Assembly (NCBI RefSeq): GCF_036321535.1
Contig: NC_087436.1
Location: 119,104,001 to 119,168,000, forward strand
Direction of reading: 5' to 3'
DNA: 64,000 nucleotides
Source of the DNA: Camelus dromedarius
Lineage: Eukaryota
A program made the translations under genes and the position numbers. This document shows positions 26,203 through 38,000 of this stretch, piece by piece. The stretch's first letter is position 1, and every line of letters begins with the position of its first letter. The notes beneath the pieces are model-generated. The model did not search any database, was not told the origin of the DNA, and worked only from the letters and a program-made list of their open reading frames with translations.

Positions 26203-26904
26203 ACCAGGTGGCCCCTGGGGGCCCGTGTTTCTGATGCTATAGGATATCCCTGATGAGTCAGCCATCAGGGGTGTCAGAGGTTTCCCTCGGGGCCTCTTCC
26301 ACTTGGCCCATGTCTCGCAATGGAGCCAGCTCTGCTGCCTTGGAGGATCTCGATCCAGGAGGGAGACAGACAGACAGACGTGTGAAAACAGGGAGTGTCC
26401 CCCGATCATTCCTAATGGCTTTCTAAGCAACGCCCAATCCCGTCCCTCTCTCACCACTGCACAGGTAAGGAAACGGAGGCTCAGAGAGGGGGTGGCCCAT
26501 GGTCACACAGTGGCCTTGCAGGGTGGACCCAGGATTCTCTGCTCTCAAGCCCAGGGCATACCCAGGGCCACATGTTCTTGGGTCAAGAACCACATGCCCT
26601 GTGGCCAACCAGGAACCTGTGTTTCTCAGAGTGTGACCTGAGGACCTCCTGGTCACATCCCCAGAGATGCCTAGATGAGAACCACAGAGGTCATGGATAC
26701 ATCCCCAAGCAACTGGGTAGGAAGCTCACGGGGATCCCCAGAGTGGGGGCCTGGCCCGGCCCCAACCACCAGTCCCCCATGTACGCGTAGAAGGGGCACA
26801 GGGCTTGAGTCAGGCCCACTGGGCTTCAGACGCTGTATTCCCTCCTTTCAGCTGTGTGGCTGGGGGCAAGCACCCTCTCTGATCCTTGTCTTCATGTATA
26901 AAAG

Positions 26905-27420
26905 CAGATAATAAAAACAAAAGACAACCCAATTAAAAAACAGACGAAGGACTTGAACAGACATTTCTCCAGAGAAGACAAATGGTCAACAGCCCATAAA
27001 AATTGTTTAATGTCATTGGTCATCAGGGAAATGCAAACCCCAACCCCAGCGAGAGACGTAATACCTCCTGTGATGGCTAAAATCAAAGCAAGAAAAATAA
27101 GACGTGTTGGTGAGGATGAGGAGAAAATGGAGCCTTCAGACACTGCTGGCGGGAATTTAAAATGGCACAGCCGTTAAGAAAAGAGTTTGGTAAAGGTTTT
27201 CAAAAAGGTAAATGTTACATTATCTATGACCCAGAAACTCCACTCCTAGGTATAAACCCCAGAGAACCAAAAACACTTGTCCAAACAAGAATTTGTGCAC
27301 AGACATTCATGGCAGGATTATTGATAATGGCCAAAAAATGGAAGCACGAATGTCCATCAACTACTGACTGGATAAATAAAATGTGGGGTTATGTCCAGGC
27401 AATGGAATATTATTCAGTGC
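26905..27420 (+). mobile_element. LINE-1 (L1MB-like) ORF2 C-terminal fragment
   Basis: [11 protein letters not shown]…, YDPETPLLGINPRE and WINKMW…MEYYS remnants. Confidence 0.8.
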
Positions 27421-29929
27421 ACCCAGAGCCAGCTGAGGAATTCCATGACAGCTGAGGAAACCGAGGCCCAGCCCTTGTCCCTGAGCTCCTGGCTTCCTTC
27501 CCCACCTGGGACTTGACACTGTTTTAGATGGCGACACCAGGCGTCACAATCTGAAGTGACCACAGAGGGAGTCTCGGTTCTTCTCCTAAGTCTTCTTTCT
27601 CACCAGCATCCCCACTCTCTCAGCTGGTCTTTTCCTCAGGCCCCACCCCCGGAGTCCAGCTTGGTCGTCTTCTTTCTTCCCCCACATCCAGCTCGCCAGC
27701 GGGCTCAGCAGGCTGAGGCTTGGCCCGGCTCACTGGTTCCAGCGCTGAGAAGCTCCGAAGACAGGAGCGTCATTCTTACCTGGAGGGAAATACTCTGTCC
27801 CGTCTGTCCCCCCCAACCGCCCCATGCTCATCCTTACTGCTCAGGCAGCCCTTCAGACCCGAAGGACAGAGGTGGTCCCCAGCCATCTCTTTTTCAGACC
27901 AAATCCCCCTCAATTTCTGGTTCCTTATGTATTCATCAAAAAGTGATTTCTGAGCACTTGCTATGTGCCAGCCCCATGCTGGGCTCCAGGGCCAACAAGA
28001 CAAAGAAGCCGGAGTCACTCAGCCCACCTCCTAGAACTGGCCGATGGGAGAACCTGGAAATGATGCCTTGAGTCCACTCTGAAGGCCAGTGTCTCAGCAT
28101 TCATGGGCAGACTGCTGGCCACAGAGGCAGGGTAGCAGTAAATGCAATTGAGGCTCCTCCGCCACCCTAAGCCTCAGTTTCCTCGTCTGCAAAATGGGTC
28201 AGTGGCCATGCCTTCCTCTCTAGGACCAGGATCATGTAATTTCCCCCCAATGATTCTTTCGCTAGCAGCAAGCCCAGTGCCAAAGGCGATCTAGCTAGTC
28301 AAGGAATGAATCCAAGTGCCACAGGGTCAATGGCGATAACACACATGAGCCCATGTATTCGTGCAGGTGCTCATGTGGTTCTCCTCAGGAAAATTTCAGG
28401 AGGCTCCTTGGACCCCAACAGAGACTCCCTGGCCAGTCCTGAGAGCTGGTCTTGTCGCCCACCAGGGTGTCCATCAGCATCTCCTGGACAGTAAGGGCCC
28501 GACTCCAGCCCCACACCCACAGTCAAGGCCCGGCTTGCCATGGCTTCATCTGTTCCCAGAACCAGCCAATGACATTTATGGCTACAGCCAGGCTGATGTG
28601 TGGCACTCAGGAAACAGTATCCTGGGCGCAGACAAGGGAGAGCAGAGTTTGGGCAGACATTTAGCAGAAAACTCATCCCAGATCACTGAATAGTTTGCAG
28701 TTAATTATTCAGACCCAACAGAACCTTGGGTCAGGATGATCATTTCTCCTCAGAGGTGCACACTCTGAGGACTCAGTGTTGGCGTCTCAGCCCTGCTTCC
28801 CTGTGGGGGGCAGGTGGGGGTGTTGGATGGTTTTGTGGCAGGTGGAGCTAATGTGACCCTTGTTCCCATATCAGCTTTTATTCCCCTTAATACCCAGCTC
28901 CCTCGCTTCCCTGCAGGATTCCAGATGACCATGCATGAGAGCAGTTTGCCCCCACCCAGGGCTGTTGCTCCGCTCACCCACAGGTGCCTAGAAGGGGTGA
29001 ACCATCAGGACCTCGGGTTAGTAGTCACTGGGGGTGGGGCCCTGCCACATCCCGGGACTCAGTGCAGATGAAGCTTCCCTTTCCCCCTGGTCACACAGAA
29101 CCTTGAGACCAGGCTCTGGGGGCCCCTCCTGGGGACAACGGGGCCAGGGTGAGGGGCCACAGTATCAGAGGCCCCCCTGGGCGCACAGGACCCTTTCCAA
29201 GGGATGGTCAGTCCAAAGCCATGGACCTGCAAGGGGGGGTCAGATGGGCGAGGGGGACCCCCACCATCCTATCCTCACTCTTCTACTGAAGGAAAGTCAC
29301 AGAGCCCCTTCGTCACTGCGGCTGCAGCGCATCTACTGAATGGTGACCAAGGACCAGGCATGTCCGGACACGGCTCTGCCTGGGAGCCCAGCAGTTTCTC
29401 CTCTGTGAAGCTCACACCTGCTGGGAGGGCACAGACAGGACATGGGTGGACAGGTAACCCCCCTACATACTGACGAGTGCTCGGAGGGCTTGGAGAAGGA
29501 GAAAGCCTGGCTGGGGGTGGTGGGGAGGGGGGAGCAGAGAGGGACTGGTGGGCAGGGCTGACACCCTGCTTAGAGTGGACAGAGGAGGAAGGGACCTTTG
29601 GGCAGAGACCTGAATGGAACTAGGGAGGGAGCCGGGCAGCACTGGGGTAGGAGCTTTGCAGGCAGAGGGAATGGCAGGTGCAAAGGCCCTGAGGTGGGGC
29701 TGTGGTTGGTGCCTTAGAGGAACCACAAGACTGATGTGGCTGAAGCAGAGGAGGAGGGGAGACAGCAGTCTGGGGAGCGGCGAGCAGAGCCCACAGGGAG
29801 CAGAGGAAGACTCTGGATTGTCCTCGTGGAGTCAAGAACCCTGACCTCGCACGCTGGTTGCTGGGGGATTGGAGACCCCAGGTGTCAAGCACTCAGGACG
29901 GAGCCCAGCACATCCAGGAACGACAGTGA

Positions 29930-30790
29930 CGGTTCGGGGGGAAGGGCCCTGAACGGAGCTCCTGTTTGCAGGGGACAGTGGAGGTTCTGCCGCTCCTTCG
30001 TCACGTGAGGCTTTGCGACAGCAAAGCTGACAACGCCGAGAGCCCTCCGCAGGCCCCCGCTCCCGCCCCAGGGCCTGTGCCGGGAGAGGTTAAACACGGG
30101 ACAGAACCCGGCCCGGACCCTCCCTGGGCTGTTCCCAACACGGCCCGAGGAGGGCCCCCTGGGGGCCCGGAAGAGGCAGCGGGCCGACAGCGCAGAGGCT
30201 TCTCGCCGCCCCCCTCGCGCCCGGCTGGCGGCCCAGAGCCGGGGCGGCGCGCGCCTCTCGCGCAGGCGCACCGGAGGCCCCGTCTCCGGGCCCGGCGGGC
30301 CGAGGCCGAGCGGGGCCCCTCCCTCGGGCCGGGCCGCCCCTCCCGGGCCCCGCGGCCCCGCACGGCCGGCGCGGGGCTGCGCCGAGGGGCGCGTGCCGGC
30401 GCCCCCCTGCAGCGCGCACGCCCCAGACGCGCCGCGGGCCTTCGAGGCGCCACGCTCCTGCCCTCTGCCGGCTGCCGGCGTCACCCCGGACGCGCCCCGG
30501 TCACCTGCTCCCGGCCGTCGGCGGAATTCCTCTGAGACGGAGTTCGTCCTCGCCGCGAGCGCGGTTGGCCTTTCCGCAGCCACAGCCCGGCCTGCCCGAC
30601 ACGGCAGCCGGGCCCCGGGCACCCCCGGGCGGCGAAGGCCTCCGCCCCTGCGGCCCGGCTCCCCGCGCCCCGTGTCCCCGGTCGCCCGTGGCCTGCTCCC
30701 ATCTGCACGCCCAGGACCTTCCCTGCCCGCAGCTCCAGAGCAGCTCCCACTGGCCGGACCAGAGAAGGACTCTGCTGTCCGGTGGTCACA
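29930..30790. promoter_or_regulatory. Orphan CpG island (promoter-like)
   Basis: Dense CpG/GC stretch. NRF1-like GCGCAGGCGCA at 30260-30270 and E-box GTCACGTGAG at 30000-30009. No recognisable coding exon. Confidence 0.8.
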
Positions 30791-30909
30791 GGCCACCCTC
30801 TCCCAGGAGGTCGAGTCCTTCCAAGTCTGTCCTTCCCTCAGGACATCCCTCAGCCCTGGGGACCATACGACCTCCTTGCATCTCATAGTTGACTCTCCCA
30901 GAATATTTG

Positions 30910-31420
30910 CCACTGAGATGTAATCACACACCATCAAACTCATACTTTCCAAGTACACAGTTCAGCGGGTTTTGGTGCATTCACAAAACCGTGCCACCCT
31001 CAGCACTATCTAATTCTCCAACAATCACACCACCCCGCAAAGACACCCCAGACCTGCCAGGAGTCACACCTGTTCTGTCCTCCCCCGGCCCCCAGGAACT
31101 AGGACTCTATTTTCAACCTGCGTGGATTTGCCTCTTCTGGACACTTCATGGAAATGGAATGGCACAGCATGTGGCCTTTCGTGTCTGGCTTCCTTCACTT
31201 ATATAATGTTTGTAGTGGCCTTTGTTCTTTTTTATGGCTGAGTAATATTCCACCGTGTAGATATGGCATGTTTTGTGTATTTAGGTATCTGATGGACACT
31301 TGAGTTGTGTCCACCTTTGATGAATGTGAAGAATGTGCCTGTGAACGTGCAGTAATATTTCCTGGAGAGTATATATTCCCAGTCCTTTGGACGTACATCT
31401 GGGAGTGGAACATACACATT
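30910..31420 (-). mobile_element. LINE-1 (L1MB-like) 3' fragment
   Basis: Reverse L1 3' motifs (gatttgcctcttctggacacttcat, tggctgagtaatattcc). Confidence 0.8.
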
Positions 31421-31864
31421 TCTTGTTGTTAATAATTCTTATAAATGGTGTCCCATTTCATGTGCTATGCGGTTTCCTTTCATCTCCTGGTGGCCTGAGC
31501 TAGGAGGTGGCAGGTGTCCCCCTGGGGCAGGGGAGGAGTCTGGGGTGGACAGCTCCCTCCCCCGTCCAGTGGGCACAGCCACACCCTTCAGGGGTGTCAT
31601 CAGCCTGGGATGAGCCTGTGAAGGCCCCCTGCACGCAGCAGGGCCACAGTCATCACTGGTGACCTTGGTGAGACCCGGCGAAGCCTGCAGGCAGATGCAT
31701 TTTGGTAACCCTGTATTTCCTCTGCCTCTGGGAGAACCTCCTGTCTTTGACTTTGGGAAATGAACAAGGAACGTGAGCCTGTGTGAAGCTCTCACACATG
31801 AGAGGAGAGGAGAGGGAGGGCTGGCTCTGGGGGGCAGGGGAAGAAACAGGTCCTCAATGCAATG

Positions 31865-31870
31865 TTTATT
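31865..31870 (-). terminator. MAN2B2: Polyadenylation signal AATAAA of MAN2B2
   Basis: tttatt on the + strand, about 120 nt downstream of the stop codon. Confidence 0.7.
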
Positions 31871-31991
31871 GAAGAGATCAGAACACCCCAGTTCCATCCA
31901 TGTCCTGCCGCAGGCCTGCCAGATGGGCAGTGACCCCTCACCCCTCCACGCTGCGTCCTCTGCATCCTGAGGCCACACATCCGCCAAGGGC

Positions 31992-32089
31992 TCATTGCTG
32001 TCGAAAATGAATGAAGAAGGTCCGGATTTCCTTCGGGTGGATGGTGATGGTGGGGCTTCCGGGGGTTGGCGAAGGGTGGCTGGAGCCTC
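31992..32089 (-). CDS. MAN2B2: MAN2B2 exon 19, terminal ([31 protein letters not shown])
   Basis: CCCCAG|GA acceptor; TGA stop at 31994-31992. Confidence 0.93.
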
Positions 32090-35000
32090 CTGGGGGAGCA
32101 GAGGTGGTCTGTCCAGCACCGTCCTTGGAGCCACCTGCTTCCCCAGGTCACCTCCTCCCTGCACCCCCCTCACAACACCACCCCTGCACACATTCTTGCG
32201 GCTCCCATGGTGATCAGGGCCGTCGGCTGCCCCCTCCTGACAGGGCTGCACTGCCAGCGGGCTGCTTTCATTTCTGCCCTCTGCAGAGCGCCCTGCCACG
32301 GGGAAGGTGGATCCAGCTGGTCCTGCCCTACTTGGCCTCATATCCCCTGGGGTGTGGCACTCAATGCCTGAGAGCATTCTCACTGAGGACATGGCGGGGG
32401 GTGGGGGGACCTGCCCTTTATCTCACTGGGCTCTGCTGAAGTCACATCCTGGACTTCAGGCTTCACCCTTGGGATAAAGACTGTTCATCCATCAATGTAG
32501 CCATCACCATCCGTCCTACCATCCATCCAGTCATCAAGCCAGCATCCACTCAACCACACATCTAGCATACGTATTCCTTCCTATCTCCCTCCCTCCCTTC
32601 CTTCCACCCGTGCTTCCTTCCTTTTCTCTCAATCATCCGTTTTCCCATCCACCCATCTATCCCAAATTGACTAAGTGTCTACCTATGTGCCCAGACCATG
32701 CTGTGTGCAGTACACAAAAGGTGATATGGGTCAGAGCAAACTCAGCGGGAACAGAGAGCAGAGGAGGCACCTGACCCAGCCCTGGACCTCGGGGAGCTCG
32801 ACTAGAAGCTGGCCAGGATGAAGGGGACAACGCTGTCCAGGCAGAGGGAGCGGCACAGGCACAGATTGGGAGGCAAGAAGCAGCCAGTGGTTTTCAAGGG
32901 GTAACTGTGGGGTGTGCAGTGTGAGCTCAGCATGGCAGGTGCCCCCTGGGGATGTGCTGGTAAGTTTGGGGCTCACCCAAGGCACGGGCAGGGGTATGGT
33001 CTTGGAGACACACACACACACACACACACCCCACCTGTGTGGACTCCTGGCAGGTGGAGGCTGACCTGAAGCCTTCCTTAACCTGATGTGGTGCATTCAG
33101 GAAGGCTGAGACTCAGAGCAGGAGGGCAGCCTGTTCAAGGTCACATGGGTCTTAAGGAGCAGAGTGGGATCTGAGCCAAGCCTGTCCAGTTCCTGATCCT
33201 GGCTGAAGGGCGGGCTGGGAATCCCGGGTGGAGCCTGAACCAGGGGCGCCCAAACCTCTGCGGAGGGGACGATCCTGGGTCCTCCACGTCCAGCGGTGCA
33301 GCGTGCTCACGTCCCAGGTCCCAGTGAGCGAGCGCTCCTCCACCGCCAGCACGGAGCCCAGCCCCCGCAGCACGGACTGTGGGACGGGAGCACAGGGAGG
33401 GGTGAGCTACCCGAGGCCCCAGCTCTGAGCAGAGAACAAAACAGAAGCAAGGGCGGGCGCACCGTGGCCCAGGGCACAGCATCTCCTGCACTTCGTTCCT
33501 GAAGCAAATCTCCAGGGACAGGATGGGCAGCCCCATTTTACAGAAGAGGGAACTGAGGCCGGGGAGTAGCGTGCGTCCCCATGTGCCCAGCTGGATGAGC
33601 AGGCCCAGGGGACGGCAGGAACCTGACCTTCCCCCAACATCGGTCCCTCCTCCCAGCGTTGCTCAGCTGGCGCCCTGCATGGACCCAGGATGGAGCCAGT
33701 CCTGGTTTCCATCCCCTCTTCCCCAGTAAGCACCGACCCAGCCCCCCCGTGCAGAGGGGAGGGGGGCCGCCATTCTGGCCACTGTAAGGAAAGGACAGTC
33801 TGCGGACCGGAGGGCTGGGATTGTCTGCAGGAGCTTCCCTGTGCTGGTGGGAGGAGAAGGCACGGAGGGCGAGGCTCTGTGTGCTGCTCCCATCCCCCCT
33901 TCTGCCTTTACATCTGCTTCTGCGACCAAGTGGTGACAACAGAAGAAATAAAGCCAGTGCACGGATGAAGGCCAGGTGGGAAGATGAAGGTCACCTGGGC
34001 AGCAGGTCCGTGACGACAGAGGGAAGGACCCTGGGGAGGAAAGAGGCCGTCCACCCGCCTGCATGGAGGCGAGAGCTGTGAAAGGGGGCGATGGGAAGGC
34101 GTCGCAACGGCAGCTCCGGGTGGGTTACTGGGGTCCTTCCAGAGTCCGTGGAGGACACAGGTACCAATGGGGCCAGAGCCACAACACAGAGATTTACAGA
34201 AATTCTCTGTGAGCAGGAGATCAGTAACGAGCCCACAGCCCCACAGAGAAGCAAACTGGGGAGAAAGCAGGCATCTCCTCACAGCTTCTGAGGAAAGAAG
34301 GCGGTCAGTCCGGGCAGCAGGCGCCTCACCTGTTAGTGGGGGTCAGAGGGGAGTGAGGACGGAGGTCGGGGTCCGGGGACACAAATCCACCAGCCTCCTA
34401 GGTGTGAGGCCCCTGTGTGCACGTGAGCACCCCAGGGCCTCTCAGCAGCCCTGCAGGCAGAGACTCCGCCCTCCCCATTCAGAGGTGGGGAGTCTTAGGC
34501 CCAGAGCCCAGGGGGCCCGCGCTGCTCAGCAGAGTCTCCTTGACCCACACCCTGGACTCTGTGACTGATCACCATCTAGGAAGTCTGTGTGAAAATCTAC
34601 TGTGTTTTCTGATCACACAAGTAACATCTGTGTTGTGTAAAAAGATTTACCACAAGAATAAATGTGAAACAACCAAAATGCAGGCATGTTGTCATAACTG
34701 ACAGCCCAGAAGTCCTCAAAGAAGGAGGGGGGGCGCCCCCCTGTCCCCCGGAGACTGACCCTCCCTCCTTTGTGCCCAGGGGCATCCGAGTCAGGACGGT
34801 CGCACTTGGGTTTGTCTCCCTGTGTGCATCTGCTGGGGGGCAGGGGGCTGATTCAGTGACCTGAGGGCGGGACGCAAGGTGGGGGCAGGTTACCTGCAGG
34901 TTCACCGTCACAGGCTGAGACAGGACCGGGTGCTCCCCCACCTCATACAGGTGGTGGAGCCGCAGCAGGACACGGCGGAGGTCAGCCTTGGCCTTTCGTG

Positions 35001-38000
35001 GATGGCCTTAGGGACACAGGAAGGTGGCAGTGAGGACCCCTGTCTGTGCCTGGTACCTTACACACTCACCTCAACTTCACATCTTCAACCGCCCTGGGAG
35101 GCAGCTGACATGGCCCCCACTTGACAGACAAGGATTCGAGGCTCAGAGAGGGGCAGACACTTGCTCAAGGCCACACAGCTGCTGAGCAACAGAAGGAGGG
35201 AGGGAGGATTCCAGCCCAGGTCCAGCTGACTGTAGTGCCTCCCACCACCCACACAGGGGCCAATTCTGACGTTCGGAAAGTCTTGGTCCTCATTCAGCTT
35301 TGTGGCCATCACTGAGCCTGTCCTCAATCTTCCAGTTCTCTGGAATATTGTATTTCGTTCTCTGTGAAGGGTGGAGTGGCCACATAACTCTGAGGCCAAC
35401 ACAGTGTGAGCAGAGGTGATGCCTCATGTCCCACGGAAGCTTTTTCCTGCCTCAGTGACTGAGGAAGCTTGTGTTACAACACAGCCTCCACCTGCCAGGT
35501 CCCTGGTGACCAGGTGAGAAGGGCGTTCCTGCTGATGCCCAGTGGACACGCGGCGTGGGGGTGAAATGATGGTTCTAGTAGGACAGCGAGAGTTCGGAAT
35601 TTTGTTACTGAAGCAAAAAACTTTGTAAAATCTCTTCCCTATGTTCTTAGTGCTGTGGTTAAGAACTGATGATGATGATGCTGGTGATAACGATGAAGAC
35701 AAGGAGAAGGACGGTGCTGATGACACGATGAAGGTGACGGTGATGACGGTAGCCTGCGTCATAAGGTGGTTAGTAGCATATGAGGACCAGGGGAGCCTCA
35801 CTGCATCTTTGGATGCAGCTGTCGCTCGGTCCCTCACTCACTTCTGTCCGGAAGGAAGCACTGGTCCAGCCCAGCCCCCTTTTCCTCTTCTTTGGTAGAA
35901 GCTGCGTCCAGTGCAAGTGTTCTCAGTGGGCTTGGCATCGCACACAGGTAGGTAGGGAAGGCTCTGTTATTGCAGGAGAGGCCCTCTGCCCCTCGTCTTC
36001 TGTGACAGGCCGGGGGAGTGGGGATGTTATAAGTCCGTGTTAGGCAGCCACGTGGCTGTAGGTTGCAGCCACTGTTTCTAATATCCAGAGTACCAGATAC
36101 AAAGGTAAAATTTGGTCTCTGCCTCTTCCTTTTCCCCTTTTTCCTAGTTCTGCACACACTTACTTTGGGGTGTGCCAGCCCTGGGTGGGTCTCTGGGAAC
36201 AGGATAGTGGCTGAGGCACAATCAGCCCTGCTAGGGAGGTGCTCAGGTGTATAGTGGCAGATCAGGTGCCGCAGGGGCTTCGGCAATATAACAAGTTGGT
36301 TCCTGGCAGGTGTTTCTTCCCCCAGGGAGCCCTCCTTGAGGCCCTGCTGGGGGCTTCCCTCTGCACACTGTCACTGCTGTCTGGATGGCATCCAGGTCCA
36401 CCTTGTCCCAGGCGTCCTGAGTGACCTGCCTCTCTGTGGGCCTCGTTCTCCCCATTGGCAGATAAGAGAACCAGGGTATATAGAGTCTGGACAGCTCTGA
36501 GGAGAGCTCCTTTGTCTGGTGATGGGCTTGGGGGTCTGGTTGATACGGGGAGAGTGGAGTGAATCTGGACACATGAACACCTGCCTCACCTTTCCGGAGA
36601 CTCCACAGGTGCTCTGTGTGGTTGGAGCTGTAGTTCCAGCCGGGGATGCTGAGGGTCTGCAGGTGGAGACTTGGGGGCAGAGTCACAGCCTCTTGCTGCT
36701 GGGGGCCTGGGCCATCCTGGGCAGTCTCTGCAAGGCAGATGGATGACAAGGGGAGGGCTGAGACCAAACTCCTCCTTCTGGCATTCAGAGTTCTCTAAGT
36801 CCCCCATTCCAGCCAGTCTCCCAGCCCTCCCACCTGTAGCCCACACCCCAGTCAGCCTCAAGCATCTGCTGGTGCAAATGCCCTAAACAGCCTTGGCTCT
36901 CTCGTCCAGTCATTTCAAATTACAGATGGGGAAACTAAGACCCAGAGAGGGGACTGTTTCTTCCAGACCACACAGGAAGTCCATTTGGAGCCCTGTTTCT
37001 GTCCAGTGTTGGAAGCCATCTCCCCTTGTTGGTCATCCATTGGTGTCTCTGCTCAGAAGGACCTCAGCCCTCCTCCTCCTTCCAGGAAACGGTCTGTTCA
37101 CCTCTGCGCTCCAGCTGGAGCTGCCATCTCCTCACAATACCCCAGGCTACAGTGATTGGTCCAGACCTGTGTCACGTGATCTCGCCAGGACCAATCAGAA
37201 TCTTTCCCTGGACCTCTGCTCTTGACACCCGAGTCTGAGTCTCAGTTCTTTTTGGGTGGAGGGGACACATGTGGCCCCAGAGCTGTTCACAGCCACGTCC
37301 CTCTAGGAGGAGGAGGAAGAAGGTCTGCAGACAGAGAGAAGCACAGGGGACGGAAGGAGGGAGAGGGGCCACCGCATGGAGGGTCCAGCACCCGAGGCAC
37401 AATTACATCCTCGCCCGTCTCTCGTTCTGTGGGCCTCAGAATAAAGGCTCCTTGTGGCTCAGCTTTGGTTTCTCTCATGTGCAACCAGAAGAGACCAGAG
37501 TGGGTCCTGTGGATGGAGCCGACCACAGGATTGGAGCTTTCTCACCAGGGCAACATCCCCTCTGTGGGAAAGGCTCTCAGCTGCCAGGAAGGAAGCACTG
37601 ACTGATCCAGGAGCAGCCCCCGACCCTGCTGGCCAGTCCCATCCCCTCTCCTGGGAATCTGCACCTGGGACCTGGAGGTGGCCGGGCAGGCAGCTCTTGG
37701 CAGTCCTCGGGGAGATGGACACCTGCTCTCAAGAGGCCCAGAGCTGCCCTGCCTCCCACCTGACAGGCCTCTTGTCCAGCTTCTCCTTCGACCCCATGAG
37801 CTTCCCCAGGCTCTGCCCGAGTGGCTGTCCTTCAGTTTCTTTACTGCCACACAAGAGAACATCACCTGATAGCCCTCAGAGCTGGTCCCTGATCTCCACC
37901 GGGTCTGAGGTCTCCAACTCCAGCAGACCTACACGGCACCAGACCCTCCCTTCGGCACCGCTCCCTCTCCACCCTGTACCGGGACCTGGGTGAGCCTGTC

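Noticed and set aside
29885..30958. 357-aa and other ORFs over the second CpG island, and the idea that it is MRFAP1 or MAN2B2 exon 1
   Set aside because: Low-complexity GC-driven ORFs. No MRFAP1 (MRPLDI…) or MAN2B2 exon 1 (HSHMDVGW) peptide seen in the translated frames.
35641..35898. Acidic Asp-rich ORF
   Set aside because: Derived from a GAT/GAC simple repeat in MAN2B2 intron 16.
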